The notes under the pieces were generated by a model that was not told the origin of the DNA, did no database searches, and saw only the letters and a program-made list of their open reading frames with translations. Both the position numbers and the translations under genes were made by a program. Source: Octopus bimaculoides (Eukaryota). From it: 56,782 nt of DNA. The stretch covers positions 126,102,519-126,159,300 of the forward strand of contig NC_068985.1 in the NCBI RefSeq assembly GCF_001194135.2, read 5' to 3'. Shown piece by piece: positions 36,234 through 47,199 of this stretch. Within the stretch, counting starts at the first letter, position 1, and every line of letters begins with the position of its first letter.

Positions 36234-37833
36234 TAACAACAAACAAGATGAGGACAAATATCCGTCAAATGTAAATAATGTAAATAATGTGCATAATTCC
36301 TCATCTCTTGAATATAGAACTGTATTATCTAATCGGTACGACATTAGACTTCAACGGAGACATATAGAGAAACTCCATCAAAAACTAGCTCGTCTTTCCA
36401 ACCATCTAACTTTCCTGTGTAGATGTAGAGACTCAAAGCTAATATCACCTGGCTTGAATGTAATGACACCAGTGGATTCATATAAAGGTAGAAAAGAAGC
36501 GAAAAGGGCAGAACATACTTTCGTCCGTAAGAGGATGCATTACAACCGTTGGAAAAAAACATCAACTAAATAACGAAATCAAACAGAGGTTATCTTCATT
36601 ACTTAGGAGAATAACCAGAGATGATGATAGAAAGAGAATCTAACAAGATCTAGAAAGGTCGTTCAAGAAAGAATTTGAAATGGTGAATACATGCCAGATT
36701 AAGAAGTTTATGAAACTCAAAGATCAGAGAATGGAGACTGAAGTCCGTCACCTACCTCAGAAGGCAGTAATTAATGTAAGTAGCCGACATCAAGAAAGCT
36801 CTGAAGAAGCAGTACTAAACAAAATTCTCAACTTTGCGACAACCATCAAGAGCATTCCATACTTGGACATAATAGCCCCTATTGAAGAGATAGCCATAAA
36901 GATACCAAAAGCACAGGAAGATGAACTAAGGTGGAAAATGAGACAGTTACTAGGAAAAGCGAAACTTCCCAAACCAAACATCACTAAAGAAGAAAAGTTC
37001 GCTATCAAAACACTACAGAGTGGCAATTCCATCATAATACTTCCAGCGGACAAGGAAAATGCTACAGTGGTGATGAACAAGTCTGACTATTCTGAAAATT
37101 TGGCAAGTCTTATAAATGCTGATAGCTACAGCAAAGAAAAGAAAGACCCAACTCTCAAAACAGAGAGGAAGTTGTCACAGATCTTGATCAAGAACAAGGA
37201 TCACTTTACACCAATGAAGTACAGACAACTGACTCAACACAACAGTAAACTACTACACATGTAGGTCCCCCTAAGATTCACAAGAATGGTATTCCATTAA
37301 GATCCATGGTGAGCTATAGAGGTTCAGCATGTCATCCACTGAGCCGCTTCCTTGTTGATATAATCAGTCCATTAGCAGGAAAGTTAACATCGTACGTGAA
37401 AAATTCCGCTCACTTCGCAGAATTTATCAAGGATACCCTCATTGAATCCAACTAGATGATGAGTCTAGATGTGATAAGTCTGTTCACCAATGTCCCAAAT
37501 GGTGAAGCACTATCGGTGATTCAAGAAAAACTAGTGACAGACACCCATCTAAAAGAACGCACNNNNNNNNNNATGGATTCAGGACATCATATACCGCAAG
37601 CCGACCTTCACTGGACGATACCTCAGCTTCAATTCCCACCATCCATACAGTGTAAAGAGAGGGATTACTCAGTGCCTAAAACATCGAGCAAAGAATATAA
37701 GTAGCGATCGTGATACACACCACGAAGAAATGATCAAGCTCAATAACAATCTATTAAGCAACAACTACCCCAAAAGTATATTATCCACTTCATTTATGAA
37801 GAAAAGAGAGAATAAGACCAATAAACTGTTCAC

Positions 37834-38011
37834 AGATTGCTCCTATCTGGCCAGCCCCAGATTCCTTGGAAGAAAATAGCGTATGTATTTGTGTAACATT
37901 CTTCGTTTTTTTTTTTCCGTCCTCGTTTTCGTATACATTCGCTGTTTTCTTCCAAGGAATCTAATGCTCTTAGCTTAGTTTTCCCTGGGTCTAGCCAGAT
38001 TGGAGCAATCT
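37834..38011. repeat. 178-bp foldback element with two nested inverted-repeat blocks
   Basis: AGATTGCTCC.ATCTGG..CCCAG pairs with CTGGG..CCAGATTGGAGCAATCT; AGATTCCTTGGAAGAAAATAGCG pairs with CGCTGTTTTCTTCCAAGGAATCT. Confidence 0.8.
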
Positions 38012-38799
38012 CAAGTATAACCAGCTGAAATTGCAAAAATAATCTGGAACTCGACTGAGGAAAGAAAACCCCGAATGATCCGTCCTTGTTTTCTTTGAGA
38101 ACTTCATTACGGACACAAGAAAGGAAATATTTACATTTGTATTAAATGCGACTGGTTACGTATTTCGTTGTTCTTGTTATCGCTATTTTTAGATATTCTN
38201 NNNNNNNNNNNNNNNNNNNNNNNNNNNNNNNNNNNNNNNNNNNNNNNNNNNNNNNNNNNNNNNNNNNNNNNNNNNNNNNNNNNNNNNNNNNNNNNNNNNN
38301 NNNNNNNNNNNNNNNNNNNNNNNNNNNNNNNNNNNNNNNNNNNNNNNNNNNNNNNNNNNNNNNNNNNNNNNNNNNNNNNNNNNNNNNNNNNNNNNNNNNN
38401 NNNNNNNNNNNNNNNNNNNNNNNNNNNNNNNNNNNNNNNNNNNNNNNNNNNNNNNNNNNNNNNNNNNNNNNNNNNNNNNNNNNNNNNNNNNNNNNNNNNN
38501 NNNNNNNNNNNNNNNNNNNNNNNNNNNNNNNNNNNNNNNNNNNNNNNNNNNNNNNNNNNNNNNNNNNNNNNNNNNNNNNNNNNNNNNNNNNNNNNNNNNN
38601 NNNNNNNNNNNNNNNNNNNNNNNNNNNNNNNNNNNNNNNNNNNNNNNNNNNNNNNNNNNNNNNNNNNNNNNNNNNNNNNNNNNNNNNNNNNNNNNNNNNN
38701 NNNNNNNNNNNNNNNNNNNNNNNNNNNNNNNNNNNNNNNNNNNNNNNNNNNNNNNNNNNNNNNNNNNNNNNNNNNNNNNNNNNNNNNNNNNNNNNNNNN

Positions 38800-38835
<36 letters not shown>

Positions 38836-38838
<3 letters not shown>

Positions 38839-40711
38839 TTACTCTTTTACTCGGTTCATCCATGCGGCTGCAGCCATGCTGGAGCACGACTGTCGTTTTT
38901 CTGATTTCTTCAGTCTGGAGTGTTTCACATCACCACCCCTGTATGTGCCTTTGTCCCAGCTGTTGGTCTATTTGGTGCATAAGGGAGTTTGATTCTGCTA
39001 CCCTCGTCTGCACTTCATGTTGGGCTGTTGGTTCATCCGGTATTGTGAAGGGGAGGATGTCTAGTTCCTTATATACCTTATACAGATTTCTTAATTTTTG
39101 TGGCAGAGCATTGAAGAGCTGTGGACCTTTGAACCTTAGACAATTTCAGTACCTGAGCCTGAATTTAGATGGAGTGGATGATACCTTTGGTACAATACAA
39201 TGGCAGCCAGTTCTGGCATGTGTATAGCGCCCAATGCCGAAATTAGGTACTAGCCCTTCTAGGGGTTTCCATGTGTAGACTATTGCATATCTCTTGCGCC
39301 TTCGCTTCAAGGACCAAAGTTGCAATTTTCTCAGTCTATCCCTGTAGCTCATCCGCAACACTGTTTCAATCTCCGCTGTTAGTTTGGCACTATGTGGTGA
39401 CCATAACTGGGAGCAGTAGTCCAGCCGGCTGAGAACAAAGGTTCTCCACAGGATCAATATAGTGTCTTGGTCGCTTGTCTGGAAGGACCTCAGTATCCAT
39501 CCTGTCAGTTGTCTGCACATTGCTGCCATCTTGGTAATGTGCATATAAAATGATGCATCATTGCACATACTGATCCCCAAATCTTTCACTGCTTATGACT
39601 CTGGGATTGTATATGCAGACTGTGGTGCATTCGTGAGTTGATAGGGCAGTGCTTGAAATTTCCCAGCATTAAACTGTATGTTGTTTATTTTGGCCCACTT
39701 GTATATCGAATTCAGATTCCGCAGTAAGCTTGCAACGTTATCTTCAATTTTTATTGCCTGCGATAATTTTGTATCATCGGTATAGCTAGTGACAGTGGCT
39801 GTCCGAATGGCCGTGGGCATGTCTAAGAGGGGCTATTATGAACAGTAATGACCCTAGAACAGTTCCCTGGGGGACACCACTTAGGATATGAGTTTTCTCA
39901 AATAGGGCACCATTGGCTGCAACTACCTGACTTCTGTCATTTAAGAAGTCATGCAGCCACTCTCCCAGTTTACTAGCAACGCCAAGGTCTCATATCAAAT
40001 GCTTTTGCAACGTCATGATATATCATGCAGACATCTGAGTGGTCAAGCAGCTGCTTCAAAACCCAGTCATAGTGTTGTAGGAGCTGTGTGAGGCAGCTTC
40101 CTCCTGGACGGAAGCCATGCTGTGCATTGTTCAGCAGGTCATTTTCTTCTAGGAACATTATCAACTTCTTTCTGATGATTTACTTCATGACTTTACTGAT
40201 ATGTGAAGTCAGAGATTTGCCTGAAGTTTATGGCCTCTACTCTTCTTCCACCTTTGTGGATAGGGCATATAATGCCTTCTTTCAATTTTGTAGGATGTTT
40301 ACCACTTGCAAGGAAACTGGAAAATTATCTGAAGTGGTTTCGCTAAAGCTTGTTTACAGGAGAATAGCTGAGAAACCATCAAGGTCAGCTGTGGAGCATG
40401 AGCTCATTTCATCCAAGGCTGCTGTTACATCTGTCTCCTCAATGTTGATGTAATCGATGGTTTGCACATCCTTTTTAGAGCTGCAATATTAAAGAATTCA
40501 GCCAGGTTTTTATCTGCATGTATCTAAGGAGGGAAGTGAAGATACTTTTAAATTGTTCACTGAGTATCTCACCTATCCTTCCTCGGTGAGTCATATCCAT
40601 CCAGTGAGTCATTCCTTTGGAATAATGGTCCTATTCTATATTGTATTGTGGATGTTTCCTTTGCGAATTTATAGAAAGCTTTGAGATTTGTTTTTATGAT
40701 TGTTTCAGTTC

Positions 40712-40803
<92 letters not shown>

Positions 40804-41345
40804 TTCGATTTCTAGGAGCGTCCTTATTAAGATAGACTTCTTCCTATCTCTTAGTTGCCTGTTCAGCCGCTTTGAGACCTTTGACTTGCGTCTCATACGG
40901 ATTTTTCTGTCCCTGGGAATCTTGTCAGTATGCTGGCTTTTCTTTCTGGGGTATATTTAGTGCATATAGCTTGCACTGTTGGCATGTCCTGGCTGAGTTT
41001 CAAGTTAATGTCTTGCACACATAGAATGTTGGACCAGTTTCCTTTGTGAATCTCTTTGCGGATTGATTCCCATTTTGCTTTATAGAAATTCAGGTTGGAA
41101 AAGGCTTGAGTTCTCCTGATAGGGTAGATACCAGCAGTTCACTCGGGATCATACCTAATTAGTTCAACAATGTTGTGATCTGAGAGTGTTGTGGGTGTCA
41201 CCTTCACATTATGGATAAGGTCCACATTATTTGTGAAGCAGAGGTCTAATATGTTGTTTACCTTGGTTGGTCTGAGTATCACTTGCTTCATCAACAGCAT
41301 ATTAGAAAGTTCAAGTAATGTTTTTACATGCTTTTGTTCATGCAG
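38836..41345 (-). mobile_element. CR1-group (APE + RT) LINE, decayed, 5'-truncated within the endonuclease
   Basis: NILDLCFTNN..LSDHNIV (APE), IKTNLKAFYKF, QHGFRPGGSCLTQLL, GVPQGTVLG, YTDDTKL, KDLGI and LSRLDYCSQLWSP. Confidence 0.9.
40715..40799. repeat. (CT)n microsatellite inside the LINE ORF
   Basis: Direct reading. Confidence 0.95.
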
Positions 41346-42139
41346 TGACATCCAAGAAAGGATGTGGCCTTATAATACATATGTTTTTCTCCTCTTTCTC
41401 ACGACCATTAGTTATTATCTTCCCATCTGCTTGCTTGATTAAAGAAAACATATGTATAGTCACTATCATTCCTCCATTCAGTAAACCTTAGTCAATATCT
41501 ACGTCGAAACTGGTGGATAGACAAACGGAAATGTTGTAGAAATTGTTTGCTGCTAAGATCAGTATGACTGGTTACAATACTAAGATATAATTATTAATGC
41601 TGATAGCATATGTAAGAACAAAAGCTATTTTTAGTAATTTTAGATATTTCAAATCACGATCTAAGATCCACTTAGATTCTTCCAGTACATAATAAAATAC
41701 TATTTATGTTTTAAAGTCGATATCATTGAATGTACTTTTTACTTGTATTTAAAGTCTTAATAGACTGGAAATCAACAATTTTAGGTAGAATCCGAAGAAA
41801 CTAATGGTATTGTGCATCGGCAAAACGTGATATAGATTATAAAAATAATTTATGAACAATAAAGTCAATTTAAAGCTGTGGAGAAGAAAAGAGGGAAGCT
41901 TAGCATTTCAGCAGAGCCCTTTGTAGCAGAAAAATGGAAAAATCAACTTCTGGTGAAGGATAAATAAATTAGGATTGGTGAGAGAGTGGGGAGGAGAAGG
42001 TTTCGAACAAGGTAAGAAGAGTTAGCTCTGAAGTGAGGGGAGGGTGAAGAAGCAGTCAGAAAGTTAAGAACATACATATAAAGGGAACAAAGGTTTCGTT
42101 GATGGGCGGGGTGTATAAACATATGCACATTCATATCAT

Positions 42140-42370
42140 TAACTGTTTTATAAACGTTACCAGAGTCAAGACAACAAGGGACAGCAGGCTCTGTTCAATG
42201 GATGCCATATGAGAAGAAAAAGCCTTGAAACCTTGGTGGACAACTAGGAAACAGAAAGGAAGAAGAAACCAGGATTGACAGACAACACATTTGAAGGCTT
42301 TGCTGACTGGCTTCAGAAGGACTGTGATAATAAAGTGCTAAGTTATCTGTAGGACAGGAGGGTGGAGTGG
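42140..42370 (+). mobile_element. Possible very decayed RTE-like LINE 3' remnant
   Basis: VQWMPYEKKKP and a later DRRVEW resemble RTE C-termini; weak. Confidence 0.25.
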
Positions 42371-42395
42371 TTACTGACGACTGTAATTATGATGC

Positions 42396-42445
<50 letters not shown>

Positions 42446-43596
42446 AAGCGATCATAAGTGGCAATCCAATCTATAAAATTAAACCCACTGATTTCCTACA
42501 GCAAACTGTATTCCAGACTGACATGAGTTAATCATACAAGATATAATCCATGCTGTACTTTTTGAAATATTTGAAAACCTACATTCTGTGCTCAAAAACA
42601 TTTGTTCGGGAGTAGTAAATCATAGTTTCTTATCCTTTACTCGGATTTCTCATTCATTGAAATTGATTACGGGATGAATAAGATACTCATTAAACTTATC
42701 GATATCAAGTAACGTTGGTCTTACAAATCCTATACTTCTGGATCTAAAAATACATGTGTCGAGATTTTATTCTTTGAAATAGCGCTTTTGACATCTGTCT
42801 TGCTTATGTGTTCATTTGTCTACCCGGGAGTACCCATTAAATATAAACTCATAATCTACTCATACTATAAATGCATTAAAAACTGACCATTTTAAAATGC
42901 ATGTGTAGTCTCTTTCTTCCGGTCATGCCCTCTTTTTTGCTATGCTTTCTTTTCTTTCTCTCTTTTTCTTTCAGTTTACTTCTCTTTGTACACGTATTTA
43001 TCTTCTTTATCTTTCATTTATTTTGTTGTTTAATATATATTTTTTAATTGTTTTTATCTGTTTTGTTTCACTTTTGTTTCACCCTTTCCTTCCTTTCTCT
43101 CTTTAAATACAATCTTATCTCGTTTCTTTCTCTTTACTACTCTCTCTTCTTTCTCTGCTTTGTCTTATCGTCTTTCCACTCTTTTCTTCATTCCTCTTTA
43201 TTTCTCTTTGACTCTTGCTTTTTTTACTTACCAATCAAAATACTCATAAAACGTCTCGCCGCCTATCTGACATGAGCCTTTTGTTTTCTAGAATATAGTA
43301 CAATGAAGCGCCTCACTGACAATCCGTTGTGATTAAGCATCCAATACAATGTTCCAGACGACCAAAATTGCGAAACATACGTAAGAATGAATGGCTTATA
43401 ATTGTGTTTACCGTCGATTTTCATAATCAGCTTTCTAAGTATAGTAGTAGCTAAAGAACTGAGTGAAAATACGTGGGTATCTAAAATAGACATGAGCATC
43501 GTACATCTATTTGTACACACAAGATTACTTTGTGTGTGAGTGAGTGTGTGTGTGAGTATGTGCGCGCGTGTGTGTGTAACTATAAATATGTAAATG

Positions 43597-43630
<34 letters not shown>

Positions 43631-43799
43631 CACTCGCACACACTCACACACGTCAAAGTCCCTATCTCCTATTCACACACATACGCTTAACTTACACATT
43701 CACACACACCATTCTCAAATACATATTCGCACGCACACCTTCATTTGGGATCCCCAGTACTTTATTATCTCCCTTTCTTCCTACCTCTTCTGTCAAACT

Positions 43800-44010
43800 T
43801 TTTTGTAATCATTCGCCATGCTTGACCGCTAAATCTACAGGGTTTTTTTTTTTCATTCTCTCTCTCTTTATTTTCTGTTATTCCTTTCTGTTGAAGAGCG
43901 TTTGTTCGAAACGTAAAAATCTTTTCTCATTTTCCCGAGCGTCAAACTAATACAACTGCTTGTTGTTCATACACCTGTCTTCGTCTTTTGTATTTCTATA
44001 AATTTCAAGT
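43800..44010 (+). mobile_element. Short hammerhead-bearing repeat (solo PLE pseudo-LTR-like), copy 2
   Basis: Homologous to the reverse complement of 7370-7560; ends in (TA)n at a gap. The 5' boundary is approximate. Confidence 0.7.
43884..43919 (+). ncRNA. Minimal type I hammerhead-ribozyme-like motif with variant core
   Basis: CUUU-CUGUUGA-A-GAGC(GUUU)GUUC-GAAA-CGU-A-AAAA. Confidence 0.6.
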
Positions 44011-44232
44011 ACATATATATATNNNNNNNNNNNNNNNNNNNNNNNNNNNNNNNNNNNNNNNNNNNNNNNNNNNNNNNNNNNNNNNNNNNNNNNNNNNNNN
44101 NNNNNNNNNNNNNNNNNNNNNNNNNNNNNNNNNNNNNNNNNNNNNNNNNNNNNNNNNNNNNNNNNNNNNNNNNNNNNNNNNNNNNNNNNNNNNNNNNNNN
44201 NNNNNNNNNNNNNNNNNNNNNNNNNNNNNNNN

Positions 44233-44269
<37 letters not shown>

Positions 44270-44989
44270 ATGAATATACACACATGTATACACACACGAC
44301 GATGTGTGTGTTTGTATGCGTGTGTATATGTATGTTCATGCCTGTGTAAGTATTTGTATGTATATTTGAGTGTCTGCGTACGTAAGCGGAGACACGCATG
44401 TCTTTTGAAGTATGAATGTGTACTTACAAGTTTGAATCTATACATATAAATATATCTGACTATGTGTATGCATAGACAAATACACGCATGAGCGTATATT
44501 TCTCTAGATCAATGTGGATGCACACACACATACACACATATGTATATGTGTGTATATATGTACATGCGTGTATATATGTGTTTGTGGGTATTGATGTGTG
44601 CGTGTGTGTGTATGTAAGTACATAACTGTGCATTGGCGTGTTTCCTTGCGAATATCTGTGTGCGTGAGTGTGTATACACACGCGCGCACGCACACAGACA
44701 CACATACTCGCATTCAAACATATGTAGACGTGTGAAAATAGGTCCGCGTGACGAAGAGCGTGCGCAAGCACGTGTTTCTGCTGGCTCGTATATTATATAC
44801 CTCTGGCTACAAGACAGTATGTCTAGCTAGCTCTACACAAGAATATTGCCAGTTTGCTGAAGAACAATGTATGTATGAATATAAGATAAACGTTTAGGAA
44901 AATTATGGAACGGGAGATGTAACTAAATTAATTGTCAAATCAAAATCCCCTTTCATAGAAGCCCGGCAGTTTCATTATTGCCCTGTTGC

Positions 44990-45130
44990 AGTTGTATGCT
45001 GTCTTTATTGATGTTGGTGTTGTTGTTGTTGTTGTTATTGTTGTTGTTGTTGTTGTTGCTGTTGTTGCTGTTGTTGCAGTTGTTGTTGTTGCTGTTGTTG
45101 TTGTTATTGTTATAGTTGGTGTTACTATTG
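44990..45130. repeat. Degenerate (GTT)n microsatellite
   Basis: Direct reading. Confidence 0.9.
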
Positions 45131-45444
45131 TTATTGGTTTTCTTTTTTTTTTTTTGTATTTTTATTGACTCAAAGTTTACTTTATAGATTTATTTAATAT
45201 TTTTCTCGTTTGTTAATTATCTTTTGTTAATTTTGTGCACTAATAATTTATTTTAATTCATTTTTATTACTCAGACTTACTGCTGCTGCACATTATGTAT
45301 GTGTATGTGTGTGTGTGTGTGTGTGTGTCTGTGTGTGTATTTGTGTGTATGTATGCATGCATATATATGTATATGTATATATATATATACACACACACAC
45401 ACATATATACACACGCATATATATATACATATATACACATATAC

Positions 45445-45519
<75 letters not shown>

Positions 45520-45992
45520 NNNNNNNNNNNNNNNNNNNNNNNNNNNNNNNNNNNNNNNNNNNNNNNNNNNNNNNNNNNNNNNNNNNNNNNNNNNNNNNNN
45601 NNNNNNNNNNNNNNNNNNNNNNNNNNNNNNNNNNNNNNNNNNNNNNNNNNNNNNNNNNNNNNNNNNNNNNNNNNNNNNNNNNNNNNNNNNNNNNNNNNNN
45701 NNNNNNNNNNNNNNNNNNNNNNNNNNNNNNNNNNNNNNNNNNNNNNNNNNNNNNNNNNNNNNNNNNNNNNNNNNNNNNNNNNNNNNNNNNNNNNNNNNNN
45801 NNNNNNNNNNNNNNNNNNNNNNNNNNNNNNNNNNNNNNNNNNNNNNNNNNNNNNNNNNNNNNNNNNNNNNNNNNNNNNNNNNNNNNNNNNNNNNNNNNNN
45901 NNNNNNNNNNNNNNNNNNNNNNNNNNNNNNNNNNNNNNNNNNNNNNNNNNNNNNNNNNNNNNNNNNNNNNNNNNNNNNNNNNNNNNNNNNNN

Positions 45993-46163
45993 ATGATGAT
46001 GATGATGAGGAGGAGGAGGAGGAGGAGGAGAAAGACAATAATGAGATGCTGATGATGCGGATGGTGTTGGTGGTGATGACGACGACAACAACGTGGACGA
46101 TGATGACGATGATGATAATAATGGTGACGTTGACGGTAGTAACGATAATAAAGATGATGATGA

Positions 46164-46194
<31 letters not shown>

Positions 46195-46215
46195 AATGAT
46201 GATGATGATGATGAA
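45993..46215. repeat. Degenerate (GAT)/(GAG)/(GAC) trinucleotide tract
   Basis: Direct reading. Confidence 0.85.
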
Positions 46216-46371
46216 TTGACCGATCAAAAGAGTGATACTACTGTAAATGTTAAAACTGCAGATGTGATATCACGAAGATAAAAACGTTCTAGAGCCAAAA
46301 CTATGGGAGTGAAATCAAAGAAATTCACAAATCTGCTTGTCATGAGATTCATCAAAATATATATTATCCTT

Positions 46372-47028
46372 CATCATCATCATCATCGTTTAACGTCCGC
46401 CTTCCATGCTAGCATGGGTTGGACGATTTGACTGAGGACTGGCGAACCAGATGGCTACACCAGGCTCCAATCTGATTTGGCAGAGTTTCTACAGCTGGAT
46501 GCCCTTCCTAACGCCAACCACTCAGAGAGTGTAGTGGGTGCTTTTATGTGCCACCGGCACGGAGGCCAGTCAGGCAGTACTGGCAACGGCCACGCTCAAA
46601 ATGGTGTATTTTACGTGCCACCTGCACAGGAGTCAGTCCAGCGGCACTGGGAACGACCTCGCTCGAATGTTTTTTTCACGTGCCACCGGCACAAGTGCTA
46701 GTAAGGCAACGTTGGTAACGATCACGCTAAAATGGTGCTATTTACGTGCCACTGGCACGGAAGCAACACAGCTGCTCTGGCAATGATCACGCTGGGACGG
46801 TGCTCTTAGCGCTCCACTGGTACAGGTGCCATCACGATTTCGATTTCACTTGCCCTAACAGGTCTTCGCAAGACGAGTTTAGTGTCCAATGAAGGAAAGG
46901 TGCGCATAAGTGGACTGGCTACACCCCTGGCAGAGGCCTCGGATTATGGTCTCACTTGACTTGCCGGGTCTTCTCACGCACAGCATATTTCCAAAGGTCT
47001 CGGTCACAAGTCATTGCCTCGGTGAGGC
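46372..47028 (-). mobile_element. 5'-truncated RTE LINE: last codons, long 3' UTR and (GAT)n tail
   Basis: LTEAMTCDRDLWKYAVREKTRQVK* (stop 46952-46954), then a UTR ending CGTCCAACCCATGCTAGCATGGAAGGCGGACGTTAAAC(GAT)n. Confidence 0.8.
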
Positions 47029-47199
47029 AATATATATCTACGCATACGCACGCATGCGCGCGCACACACACGCATACACACACACACCTTATATATTCAA
47101 TGTGTACGTCCTTTTTTTGTTTTGTTTATATTTTATTTGTGTTGGTTGAACTGTTGATGCACACACCCAACTGTGTACATGTAAATCATCTAAAGATTC

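Larger units (their letters stand above)
35550..37830 (+). mobile_element. Poseidon-type Penelope-like element: inverted pLTR, GIY-YIG 3' end, pLTR, then 5' ORF and RT of a tandem copy
   Basis: EN-like (K)DCLYLIPCRC..GETCRPLKIRVDEH..KSGIADHVW; N-terminal NHLTFLCRCRD; RT ILPADK, PKIHK and SLDVISLFTNVP; 120-bp inverted repeats 35550-35670 / 36170-36289. Confidence 0.92.

Noticed and set aside
41974-42119. CCAAT (reverse), GC box and TATAAA cluster
   Set aside because: The GC box is only 2 bp from the TATA and there is no downstream gene evidence; short motifs are expected by chance.
45299-46219. Acidic D/E-rich ORF
   Set aside because: Spans a gap and a GAT/GAG microsatellite.
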